64,000 nucleotides of DNA from Camelus ferus. Taxonomy: Eukaryota. The notes beneath the pieces were generated by a model. That model did not search any database. It was not told the origin of the DNA and saw nothing but the letters and a program-made list of their open reading frames with translations. The stretch spans positions 112,532,001-112,596,000 of the forward strand of contig NC_045697.1 of NCBI RefSeq assembly GCF_009834535.1, read 5' to 3'. Of this stretch, positions 27,461-40,053 are shown in pieces. Within the stretch, counting starts at the first letter, position 1. Every line of letters begins with the position of its first letter. The translations under genes and the position numbers were made by a program.

Positions 27461-30400
27461 AGAAGGTCTCAGAGCAACTGAGAAGGAAGCCTTCCCACTA
27501 CACTTTGAACTTTATGCTACTCCCTTCCTTAGACTCTTGTATACCTGATTCTGTGATTTCCATTCTGTTCCTGGGTGTTTGTAACAACTTTTTTGAGTGT
27601 TTAGAATGTGTCATGATCTATGTGCTTCATACATATTATATAATCTGAACCATGTGCTTTTTCATTCCTTATGTCCTGGCCTCAAATGAAGTTATTAAAT
27701 GTTTTCCTAATATTCATCTCATGTAGATGCACATAGCAGGCAATGGTTGTCTTTGTTTTAAGGTGATAAGGAATAATAATAATTATTAGTCTTTTCTTTA
27801 AGAAAAGTAGGTTACTGAACAGTATGATTGCAGATGCATTGAACTTTCTGTTGTTAAATGGAAATTTAATGTGATAATTCAAATATGAACTAACTGGTCA
27901 TCATTCTTTCATGTCTTGTTCATTTGCTAATGGTAGCTACTTTTAGAAAAATGATCCTTGGACAATTATAGGTGCTATAACAACAAATGAAAAATCGCCA
28001 GTGAATTTTAAAATTCTAAACAGAGATTTATGTTTTTATTGTTTTATTATATTGATGCTGTTCTATATAAGAGTAAAGATTTTCTTAAGTAGTTATTATT
28101 CTATGAAGGAATTATATCAAATTTTAAATTATGTAAAATGTTCATAATAGAATCATCATTCGGATTGCATTTTTTTTCCAGACCAATTACAGATATTTGT
28201 CCGTTGTGTGGTCAGGGAATAAGTACTTCTTAATATTCTTCTCAAGTGTTCTTTCTTCCTCAGTGGACTCCACAGGGATTATAGATAATTATGAAATTCT
28301 ATCCAACTCAGTAATTGTATCAGTAGATATACAACCCAAATAATTCAATTTATTCTGTTTAGTAGTTTAGATAAAGTTGTTGAGTTTCTTTCTCTCTGTG
28401 TGTATGCAGAGCTCTTAGGGGAGTAAATTAAGTTTGTTTTCTAAAATGTAACTACTTCTTACGATTGTCTGGCATCCAGGGCAACTACCATCTGTGGAAC
28501 TTTTCAGGAAATCGTGTCTTGCCAAACACGTATCTTTTCAGTTCAATGATTCATAATCTGGCATAAAAAATAGTTTAGAACCTCTATGTTTCAATTACTT
28601 TTTCCACCTTTTGAAAGTGAATTTTCTAGATTTTTGACCTGTTAGTACTTTATTGACTCCACATTCTTGGGGAAATGGCTGAACAGTTAAGGAGCTTGTA
28701 ATGGATATATCCATTTTGCCTACTATACCAGGAAAGCAAGATGTTCTTGTAGAGTGCCTTGAGCTGGAGGTCGTTGTTCCTAAAGCTTTAAGAACCTTCA
28801 CTGACTGGCTTTGTGGTGTGGACTGCAAGGATGGCATGATCAGGGCACCATGTTGAATCTGACTGGAGCCCCCATGATCAATATCGTGTTTGTTTTGCAT
28901 CCCATCAATCAGTGCTCTCTATTAACACGTCGTGTTAAAGGTATTTGGGGTCAGGAAGAGTTGTATTTAATCTTAAGTCTGCATGGACCATATGTAGGAA
29001 CCTGGGCAGGTCATACACCTCCTAGAACCTCCCTTCCCTTCTCTGTTAAGTGGAGGCAATCATTCTTCCTAGAAAGCTTAAGGTGAGAGCCAAACTAGGT
29101 AATGTATATAGTATAGTACATATGTGTACATTAATGGGCAGATTGTAGATGGCTCAACAAATAGTAATTACTGTTTTCATCATTCATTCATCATTACTAT
29201 TTTCTGCAATGTAATAACTCATATTTATAATAATCCAACCCTCTGATCATGAAAAGTTATATTGTATAAAAACTACAGCTTGGGTCAAGGTGTATGATAT
29301 TTTTTAACAATCTTAAAGAGTGCTATTCAATTTAGCATACATATTTATATGTAATCAGCAAGTAGAATTAATTCCCTTTATGTATAAAATATTAGATTTT
29401 ACTGTGTGTTTGAATACTTCTTTCTTAGGTAGAGTTTGAAGAAACACACATAATTAAAAAAAAAAACTATCTAATCTTCACTATTCTTTTAAACATAAGT
29501 ACACCTTCTGTGGTTTAAACACTAGTGCTTCCTCCATGATAGACCACGTGCCAAGAAGTTGACACGCCTTGTTTCATTTATTTGTGTTACAAAGGAACTC
29601 ATGTTAATAATTAATGCTATTTAACTGAAAAATGAAAACAACAGAACTTTTCTGCTGTAGAAAGTTGAAAACTTGAGATGTTTATTAATGCTGTTAAAAG
29701 TAGAGTATTTGAATGATTATTATAGAGCTCTTATTTGTCAGATTTTGGAGAACTAATCGTGAATGTAGAGAGCATCCTACAAAAATGGTAGAATATACAT
29801 CAGAATATACATCTGATAAAGCTTTTGATTTATTCATCTTAAAAAGTAGTTACATTAGTACTCTGAAATATTTAATACCTCGTTTTCAAATATTTTATAG
29901 TTCATATATTTTACAACTTACAGTCTTTTAACTGATTTCTCTCTATGTGTATGCAGAGCTCTTAGGGGAGTAAATTAAGCTTGTTTTCTAAAATGAAACT
30001 ACTTTTTAATTGAATGTCTTTTCTTTATGAATTTTTATAGTAATATCTTTAAAAAATCCTTCATATTTCTAAGTTAACTATATTAGGAATCTATTCTATT
30101 ATTTATGCCTCCTTTTAGACCTTTTACATATAGAATCCATGTGTATGTGTGTTTTAGCCACGTTAAATTTGTAGATAAGGAATGTATCATTGGCAAGCAA
30201 GGTGGTCAATAACTAGACTGGGAAATTCTTTACATTGTTGCCACCAGCTGATGATTTAAATCTTCTGTGAGAAGACCTAACACCTCTTCTCCTCTGGGCT
30301 TTTCTCCTCTATTTATTCTGCTCGTTTTTTATAGCAAGTCATCAACAGCCACAGACGCTCTTTCTACTTACGTTGAACTCCCCTCTCTTAAAATATATGG

Positions 30401-31310
30401 CTTCATAACGTTACTATCTTTATACAAGGAACAATCTTAGGTACGAAGGATAAACACAAAATCTAGTATCACAGAATCCTCAAGTTAAAAGGTACTTCAG
30501 AAGTTCCTGGATCCAGCCTTTAAAGAGAGTTTTTAATTTATTCCTTAATCGTCCCAGGAAGTGGTTGAACAATAAAGTTTGTTCCTAAACTATAGAAAAA
30601 GAAAGTAGCCTGGCTGTCCTGTCTCCTTCGTGCACTGACTCAGGTGGACCTTTAACTGCTAGACTATATTCAAGGCATGGAATGCATGTTCCATTATTTC
30701 AAAATACACATGGCTGGAGACGTGAGTTCAGCCGTTTAGCATCCCTCCCATGCTTTTTTCTAGCCTCTTCTAGCCCCTAACCACACACAAGGCAGCAAAC
30801 ACAATGCAGACGCTGGTGTGTACTCTTTGTCCGCAGGCTACTTTGTAAACTGCTTTTTTCCACCCTTGGCTCTTGCTGCATCATCCTTGGCCTCCTCTTC
30901 TATCCTGAGCTGCTTCCCTAGGACTTGATGCCACTGTTACCATCTGACCGACGTTTCGACTCTTGCTGACGGTCACCCTCGTTTCCTAAAAAGATACGCC
31001 CTCTTAGGGCTCAGTAAACTCTGCTCTTCTGCTAAGACTCCATCCCCAGGACCCTCTGCTTTTGCCTAGCCCTCTGTCAGCCTCACACTTCAAGCGTCGT
31101 GTCCCATGGGCTCCCCTATTCATGCCTCTCATGTGGACTGTTCTCCTGTTGAATACACCTGCCTGATATGGAAACCTAGACCCTCCACCTCGGAATATCA
31201 TTTCCATTGTCCCAGCTATCTAAGTCTTTCTTGATGCTCAGTTTTCACTTAATTGCTTTCTAATTTTTTACACTTGTTATGTGCCTCTCACCAAAAAGTG
31301 TTTCTAATTT

Positions 31311-31862
31311 TGTTACGTAGTTAGATAAGTGGGGTCACCGGGTAGACAGGTGGAGGAGAGGGAGGAGGGTCCGGAAGATGGCATTACGCCCACCACCAGC
31401 ATAAAGGGGCTTTAGTTCTTCTAAATGAGTGCCAGCCAGAAAACTGTTAGAACCTGACAGCCACAACTGTGTGGTAGCCGAAGGGACCTACCCGGACATG
31501 ACCCAGTGCTCACTGTAATATAAGTAGCACTGCAGTTCAGGCCGCCCCACGGGCTTTCCTGTGTGCATCATGGGTGAGGACGTGCACAAATGGGGACGAG
31601 CATGACGGAGCGCTCCAGGGGCAAGAGCTGTCAATCAATCAAGAGACCCCATCTAAGCGAGGGTATAAGAGAAGGGGGCAAACAAAGACCATTGCTATCA
31701 GCCCTTGGATCAGCCCGCCTCCCATTCTTGGAGGGGTGCTTTCCCTTTACTAATCAATCCTTTAAAATCTTTCACCACACAACGCTTCATCTCCCATCTG
31801 AATTCTCCTCTTTCGGGTATGACAAGAACTGGGGTCTTTCCCCTTTCCCTTTTAGGGTAACA
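31311..31862 (+). mobile_element. Relatively young ERV1-class solo LTR
   Basis: TGTTAC...GTAACA inverted termini, 4-bp TSD attt, TATA-like tataag at about 31664, many retained CpGs. Confidence 0.85.
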
Positions 31863-32596
31863 ATTTGAAGGAAAAAAGCCACTAGATTTGATGAGGAGTA
31901 CAGTCTATTATATGGAATTAAAAACAAGGATATCTGAGTGCTTTTACTAATGCTGTTAGTTAGTATTTGAAAGGTAGAAACATACATTTATCCTGTTGAA
32001 CATTCTTTTCCTCCTTCCTAGAAGGAGATCAGACCTAGCTCAGCTGTCTCAATATGGAGTAGGTAATGTTTAGCCAAAATTGTGTTAACTTATCAAAAAA
32101 CTTATATAAGCAACCACTAGGGAGTTAAGATTTCAGTTGTTCCTTGTTATCCGTTAGGGATATTATTTTTTATAATGGCAAATTAAAATGTCAATATAAT
32201 ATTTTCATTTATACCAGAAAACAATTTAGAGCATAACATTTAAAAAATGACAGTATTATAGGCAAAGAGAGTATTTTGTGCATTTAGTACAGTTTCTCTC
32301 CTCTTGGACTATGGTATTGGTTACCTCACAGTGAATGAGTAGCTCATTTCTCATTTCATTTACTTATTTCCACAAGTCTGCAAGGAATACACATGCTGGT
32401 TTGAAAAACAGGAATAAGCAACTTTGTTCTCAAAAAGGATCGAGAGAGAGTTTTGTGTACTCAACAGCGTCTTAAAACACATTTTTCACCTGGGGGCTCA
32501 GCCCAGTTATTTTTAGCAGCTCAGTAAAAGCGCATCACTTACTCACTGTTAGAACAGGGTTAATCGTAAACATGACTCAGAGGTCCTGTCGCAGGA

Positions 32597-33009
32597 GTCA
32601 GTTAGTTTCCTGGGGCTGCAATAACTAAGTACCAAAAACTGAATGGCTTAGACAATAAACGTTTATTGTCTCACAGTTCTGGAAGCTGCGAGTCAAAGAT
32701 CGAGGTGTCAGCCAAGCCCTCCCCCGCCCCTCCCCGGAAGAGCACCGTGACAGACGCAGGCTTTTGGTGGCTCCCAGGCTTGCAGTACGTAGCTCCGAAC
32801 TCCACACGGCATCTCCCTACGTGCATGTGCATCTCTGGGCCAAAGTTTCCCTTTTTTGAGGACACCCGTTGTGCTGGATTAGGGCCCACACTCATTTTCA
32901 ATTGATTACATCTGGAAAGACCCTTTCTCCAAATAAAACCATATTCTGAAGTACTGAGGGCTACAACTCCCACATATATTTTGAAGGAGCCATAATTCAA
33001 TCCATAACA
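32597..33009 (-). mobile_element. MaLR LTR (MLT1B/C-like)
   Basis: ttagtttcctggggctgc...tttattgtctcacagttctggaagc...aattcaatccataaca. Confidence 0.8.
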
Positions 33010-35879
33010 TACAGTAGAATAGCTCATTGAAAAGAAGTTTTTATTAAATTCTAATGGTATTCCATGTCTTATTTCTAAAAGTCTGCAAGGAATATGCCTG
33101 CTGGTTTAAAAAAAAGTAGAATAAGTCATTGTATTCTCAAGAAGATCAAGAGAGAGTTCTGCACACTCAGTGCTCCTATAAAATACATTGCTCAATGGGA
33201 GTTAAACCCTGTTATTTCTTAGATTCTGTTATTTTGAATAGAAAACCAAATCCATAAGGTGAAAAAGCTGGGAAATTAGTGGTAACTTGTTATTGGAGGT
33301 AGCATATTTTCTGCCTTTCAGGCAATTTTAAAAAACTTTCAGTGAAATGAACTTGCCAAAGTGGAGATGCAGGTAATTCATCAATATACCATAAAATGTA
33401 TTTCTCTTAGAACAGCTAACAGTGAAAAAAAAAATAAGTGCATTATGTACCTAAATGTATTTATGATGTAGCTTGTTTTTACTTAAAGCACATCTAAGCT
33501 TTGCACTCAGTAGTTTGGACCAGATCGCGGTGAAGGGACAGGGGTCTCTGTGACTCAGAAAACTGTTCTACACTAACTCTGCCTCCAAACTAGTCTTCAA
33601 ACATGTCAGAGCATTTAGTCTACTACTGGGACTTGATCTGGTCATCTATAAAATGGGAGGGTGCTTTCTTTTTGCTTGTTTGTTTCCTGTTTACAATGAT
33701 TATTTTGCTAAGTTTGTATATTTAAAATATATATTCCGATAGATGTGTATAACTTTATTATATGTCTGTAGATAGGTTTATTTCTACATTTGTTATTTCC
33801 CTGCCCAAAAGTCATGAAACCATCTTCTTTTATTTTAAATATTTCATGGTGCCTTCACCATCAGCCTCTTTATCTTCATGAGAGCATGTGTTGTACTACA
33901 CTTTTCTGAAGTAAATTATCTTCCTTTCACGTTGTTGAGATAAAATTTTTTTGTCTTGCGTTTTTGTGCGTGTGCTTGTGAGTGTGTGTTGTCTTAATTA
34001 GGGATGTCAGGGTCAGTTCTTTGCATTACAACCATACTAGAAGGGCTTAATTAAATTTGCTTGTAAGTTTTCTGATGCATTAGGTCAGAGTTTTGACACG
34101 AATGAGGAGAAACTACTGTTTCTTTCCTTAAGTCATGGAAGGAGCCTTCCTGCTGGGCTCTGAGCAGGCTGGGATTCCTGAGATCCTGGTGATGCTGACA
34201 GTGAGGTTTCAGAATATGGACAGAGGGGGATCACTGCTCCGTGGGAAAATGAACCCCTACCCTATCCCTCCAAGACCTGGGAGCGGGCAGGTTCTGAAGC
34301 AACAAGTCACTTGAAGACCTACCATTACTCCAACTTCCCCATAGACGTCAATCCATCCTTTGGGATGATTGCTTCCCACTTTCTGAAGATATGTGAAAAA
34401 AGTAGATATTTTCCCTAATAGATTTTTTTTTTCTGATTTTTGCCTTGTTCAACCAGATATACTAATGTTTTGAAAGTTATTAAGAACATCAGCAAAGATT
34501 AACTTGTAGATTTATATCCTTGGAGAGCAAGGCTGTTTAACTTTACTTGCCAAAATAAATCTTGGTTTTTAAACAAAAAATTTTAATTCCATTTGTCTGG
34601 CCGAGAACGGAAAACAGAACATTAAAAACTCGCCTTTATTTAATCCTAAACTATGTCCACAAAGCTAAGCAAATATTAATATATGCTTCTGTTCCTTAGA
34701 ATTTTGATTATTTCTGACATGTCATTTTTTTGCTAATTGCACAAAAGGATCTTTTTGTCTTTCCCTCAGCAAATTAGAAAGAGCAAAGATTAGTCCTATG
34801 AAATTAATAACGAGATTCTGTTCCTGAAGCTGCTCCTTTGTCATGAGCACATATAAAAATGCAAATTAGTACAGCTGACTGTTTCAGTGCCTGCAGTATT
34901 TACCACACATTTTATGTGACCGTGTGGATTGCTATTGGTTCTCCAAAAGACTGAAATAAATTCCTTGGCTTCACTGTAATCTGCTTCAACCTCAGAGAAT
35001 AGATGTGTACAAAATTAGGACCAAAACTTTCCAGAGAATAAAATCAAGGACCCTGAGGGTTCATCTGAGCCATCATCCTGTCTTCAATGCTGTAAGCTGA
35101 TCGTCCAGTTGCTTCTGTAAGGTCTTCAGGGACAGAATGTCAACAACCAATGGATGTTCTCCTAATTACAAAAGACACTTGTATCTACCAAGTATAATCA
35201 CAAGTGAATTCGAACCATCAGACGAAACACAGAAAAACACACCATTTTAGGAATATTTCATTATGCTGCATACTTTTTATAAACCCAGAATGAGAAATTT
35301 TAATTATTTTTCTGCTCTGTTTTTTTCCTCTCATTTTTTTCCTGTTGACCTTATTTTGCTAGTTTGAATTTTCCCCTAACTCGAGATACTTCTACATAAG
35401 CATATGGTCCAGCATTTCCCACAGTAAACACAGCTTTTCAGCCCAAGGTTCTTTGTCGTCCTCTTTCACCAGTGATCGCTAAGTCTGTGTGCAGTGCTGT
35501 CTTGCTTATCCGTTCTTCCTGATGACCCGTGACAGCAGCCATCTAGTGCCTTGTGCAACGGTTCCTTGAAAACCCATCTGATGCAGGTTTGCTCCTGTTC
35601 AATAGGGATGTGTTATGAAGTATCCTTTCCCCAGCTCAGAATGCCTTGTTTCCATTTCCAGAACTCACTTTAAGTTCTTATCTTTGTTACTTTCACACCC
35701 TCTGTCAATGCGTTTGTCACTTTGATACCACTTTGCATAGACTTTCCTTTCCTCCAAGGCCTTTGGCCCTGTATCTTTTCTTTCCCCTCGCAGGTTTCAG
35801 TCAGTGTCACATTCAAATGGCCACCCATGGCCTGAACCACATGAACACCTTAAACAAATTTTCTGTGGTTTTGTAAAGA

Positions 35880-36260
35880 GTGTCCTGAACTCACACGTGC
35901 CAATTTCACACTCATCGCTAAGCCTTGAAGTGACTCAGTCATCTTATGTCCACTAAGCCCCACCCCAACCCCAATTCTTCCTTAAAATGAACTGTTTACA
36001 ATGATTTCCTGGTGCTCAAACTTTCTTTGACCCTTACATTCAGTGTCCTATATTATGTTTCAAATACTGATTGCTTTGTACCATATATTTTTTAAACTGA
36101 CTTCCCTGTGGAAGTCCTGCCTCCCTAATGACAGAGCAAACTCCTTGACAACTGAGATTGTCCCACATAATTTTATTCATTACCTCATGTCCCTTAATTC
36201 CCAGCCTGGTTCAGAAAACACAGAAGACACTCAAAGATAAATGTTTGTTGAATTGAATGA
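35880..36260 (+). mobile_element. L2 LINE 3' fragment
   Basis: Ends cccagcctgg...actcaaagataaatgtttgttgaattgaatga, the typical L2 tail. Confidence 0.55.
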
Positions 36261-39200
36261 TCAGTTTCTCCAGTGTGAAGGCATTAACGGATGTTTATTT
36301 GGTTCCTTATCTTTGCCTCATACTGTGTTTCTTTCCTTGCTCCAATGTGATCAAAATTAATAAACCCTTTAGAGCCAATTTTGGTTCTTGAAGCTGGCAA
36401 AAACTGAGGTAGGCTTTAGAGCAGAGGATCAAATGTGCATTTCATTTTATTTTCCTTTTAAACTGGAGACAACTGAGGGCTGAGAGCAAGAAGCACCAAA
36501 TCAGAATCTCTCCGGAAAGACGGAGGTCCTAGTGCTACCACTGCAGATCCCAAAGTGATGAGCCAGAGTCAGGAATTCAGGTCCTGCTCACAGAGCCAGG
36601 GCTTGGAAGCCAAAGATGGACACAACAAATGTCACCTATCCATGGGCGTATAATGGTATTTGGGTGGAAAGCGACTATTCCGGGATGGTTTCAACAGTAC
36701 CTACAGTCAATAGTATCAACAAAACTCGAGTTTGGAAATCCGGATCACATCTTGTGATCGTATACATAGAAACAAGTTAGCTTAGCAATTCCAGAATTCA
36801 GGGGTCTTTTCTGACACCCAGGCCAGTGCCTGGTGGCGCTCAGCTGTTGAGTGCATCGCTTTTGTTTATTCCATTGGGTTTAATTACTGCACAAGATGGG
36901 CTGTCCTCCCACAGGAGAAGTGCATTCCCTTCCATTCTTCTGAGCTTTGGATTGTTTCTTAGGGAGTCATTCCAGCGAGACTTCCTGCTTCTGACTCGCA
37001 GAGCACTTTGGAAGCTGCCTGAGGAAAAGGTTAGATACACGTGCCCTTGACCTCAGCTGGTGAAGGTGCCGGTGTCCCCAGGTTGTACAGAAGTAGAACT
37101 CACAGGGTGTTCAAAGCGTTTTTTTCCTGACACAATTTGCATATTTTGAAAGCTCACTCTGCGACAAGACCTAACATAGTCCTAGGTGAGTGTTTACTAA
37201 ACAAATCGGAGCATCATATAGAAATGGCATGATTGGTGTGAAATACAAATGGCTATTCATATCTCTTGTTATTATGAAGCATTTAGTTGAAAAGACATAA
37301 TAAATCTTGTTTATTATGTAAATAACAACTAAACTCTTTAGTGAGTAAAATGCTTGATGAAATTTTTTTCCTGAAATTCAATTTACATTCTAAATTTTAA
37401 GATAAAAGAAAGCTAATTGAAATAACTCAACCACATAAATCAAATTAACTTGAAATTCAAATCTGATTTTTTTAAAAAAAACCTCAGAGTAAACAAAGGA
37501 TAACTGCTCACGCATAATGAGGTAAAGGATTAAGGCAGCCTTTCAGTTAATTCAAGCTAAACATCTCCTTTCCCGTAACTTCAATGAATATTTTAAGCAA
37601 AAGTCTTTAAGTCTAAATCATCTGGAAAGCTGCCTTAGCTTTTGATGGACGTTTTCATGGATGTAAACACAGACGATAACTACTTTTCTAAACAGATTCA
37701 TAATTTGCATTTTAGTATTTGTCACGCACTATTAAGTTTATAGACTTGATTCCCAACCTTCCTTTAATTAAGACAATTGTTTTAGATAGAAGGATCAACA
37801 GCTATTTTTAAAGTAGGGAAATGCCTGCCTCGCAGTTACCGGTCACAGAGGTGATCCTTGAGCCACAGGAATGTTTAAGCATTAACTGTTTGACTTGGGA
37901 CATGGCATTTCGGGGAGAGTTTGGCTTTTGGTCCCTTCATGAAAGTGTCTGTATTTCACAGATACACTTTGTAAACTCAGAATGGTGATGAACGAATACC
38001 CAGGTTAGGACTAAGTAACTCTTTTTTTTTTTTTTTTTTGCTATTTTAAAGCAAGAGATCTGTCATGAGGTAAGTTTTAATCAGCTTATTGTTCTAAGGT
38101 TATTTTTATTGCTCTCCCACAGGGGTTCTCGAAGTTGGTTTCTGTTGGGATTATCTGTGATATTTTACAGAAATGTCTGCCCCACGCTTCCCCTCCTGAG
38201 CCTGAATCCAGGGTGCAGGTATCCACGTGGGGTGAGATCCCCCAGGGGAGCCTGAGGGCTGGTGGAGGTGACAGCCGCCTGCCAGAGCCCAGAGGGGTGG
38301 CAGATTTAGGCTGGAATGTTAGACTAAACTTGCAAGTACATCAAAATATTCATTTCAGTAAATATTTAAAGTTTTTTTTTAAAGTAATATTTGATTATTT
38401 GGGGCTTAATTGCCAATGAGAGTATTACCTTTTTCACTCTGTGTCCTGAGTTTAAACAAATCGGGACATCATATAGAAATGGCATGATTGGCATGAAATA
38501 CAAAGCTAGTTAGAGACAAATTGTAGCCAGAAACTTTCTTTGAAACTCTCCTGGGTGGTTAGGGACGCCTTTGAACTCACAAGCAGTGCCTGAAGATGTG
38601 TAAAAACTACACATTTTCTGAATTCTTCTTCTCTGGGGCAGGGGTGAAGAAACATAGAGGACAGTGGGAGATACGATATATTCACACTGTCTGGAAACTA
38701 TCAAGTGCATGGGTCTAAACTAAAGAAAATTCTAAAAATAAAATAAAATAAAATAAATTTAGCAAAAGAAAAGCAAAGAACATTCTGTCCTTTGAAAAAC
38801 AAAATACCAAATACCCTAATGAAGAAGAAATGATCATAGGAGAAAAACGGACTCTTTAAAGGTTAATCTATTTTGAGAATTCACTCTGCGGAGAGACTGG
38901 ATATAATTTTTTTGGGTTTTTTTTTTGTTTTTTTTTTGGTCTTTTTTGTTTTTTAAATTAAAGGGTAGAAATTTGGATTAACCATTTATTTTCTCCAGAT
39001 TCTATAACTATGAAGAGGACAATAAGGCCTTTAGCAGGGTCTGCTTCCTTCCTGGAAAAGCACAGAGGGGAATACTCCTGGTTCTAACAGATGTGTTTTG
39101 GGGAGCACAGAAGTTGCAGAAAAGCAATGGGTGATGTGGGGCTCCAGCCTCAGAATGATGCTGCCTTTGCCCCCCGCTGCTGCTGTCCTGCTGAGGAAGA

Positions 39201-39650
39201 CACAGGCTCTCTTTTACAACCAGCCAAAGAAAGACATTTGCACTTGCTCCCAGTTTCTCTCTCTCTCTCTCCCTGTTGCTAACCCCTCGTTCAATGCTCT
39301 TCAAGGCAGATCCTTTGACCTAAGCAGATTATTGCGGATGCATTAAGGACACAGCCAGCTAGCCCGCTTCTCAAGGAAGAGATTTGGCTCCAAATAGGCC
39401 ACTAAGCTTTTCAGCCTTCTGCTTATTTACCTAGTCAGCAGGATGCAGTGTCTCTGGGTGCTTAGTGGCCTCCTGGGGAATTAGGCCGAGACAAAAGCAG
39501 AAGTGGCAGCCGCTGCAAATGTGGGAGTCTGTACCATTAAAGGAAGCAGTTGCTAATTAGGGCCTGTGAGACCTGGGTTTCCTTGGTTTCCATGACAGTT
39601 ATTAGGTACCACATAAATTGAATTGTCTCCCACAATGCTGTTAGGGGAGG

Positions 39651-39660
39651 GGGGTTTCCC
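39651..39660 (+). promoter_or_regulatory. Consensus NF-kB site upstream of the MARCHF1 alternative exon
   Basis: GGGGTTTCCC fits GGGRNNYYCC; motif match only. Confidence 0.3.
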
Positions 39661-39844
39661 GTGACAAAGCAGGGCAGTTATGACTTGCAGTAAATCGTCC
39701 CTTAGAGATGCAACCCCCCCAGATGGTTGGCTCTTGCATTTCTTTTTAGCCTCCCTTTCAGTGTGTTTGACATGTTGGCCAGAGACCCTGGCTTTAACCG
39801 CACAGTGTCTCAAACACTCTTTTTTTCCCTCTTTTTTTGTTTAG

Positions 39845-39954
39845 AACTCAGCTTGGCAAATCTAGGATATGAACAATTGTGCAGGTGGGCTCCTCGGGGC
39901 GAGTGACGAGATAAGGCGCCCCGTCAGGGACTGGCCACCTGCAGCCCTGCCAAC
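39845..39954 (+). other. MARCHF1: Probable 5' UTR part of the MARCHF1 alternative exon
   Basis: A long polypyrimidine tract (39817-39842) ends in TTTAG (AG 39843-39844), 110 nt upstream of the ATG. It could instead be a first exon starting further upstream. Confidence 0.5.
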
Positions 39955-40053
39955 ATGCCCCTCCACCAGATCTCCGTAATCCCCGCACGGGAGGCAGCCA
40001 GCAATGGGAGAAGTTCCATGGGCAGAAACAAAGAGAAGAACAAGGAAGGCGAG
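39955..40053 (+). CDS. MARCHF1: Alternative first coding exon of E3 ubiquitin ligase MARCHF1 (MARCH1), 33 aa, phase-0 donor
   Basis: Translates to MPLHQISVIPAREAASNGRSSMGRNKEKNKEGE. This matches my recollection of a MARCH1 isoform N-terminus (MPLHQISVIPARETASNGRSSMGRNKEKNKEVE|NEKSPG) and resembles MARCH8 (MSMPLHQISAIP). Kozak gccaacATG; donor GAG|GTAAGA at 40054. Confidence 0.85.

Noticed and set aside
28595..29086. Overlapping 101-aa and 91-aa ORFs between the 73-bp repeats
   Set aside because: No recognisable homology, splice structure or poly(A)/TSD hallmarks.
35535..35550. CTCF-like motif (GGCACTAGATGGCTGC on minus)
   Set aside because: Mismatches at informative positions; not supportable without binding data.
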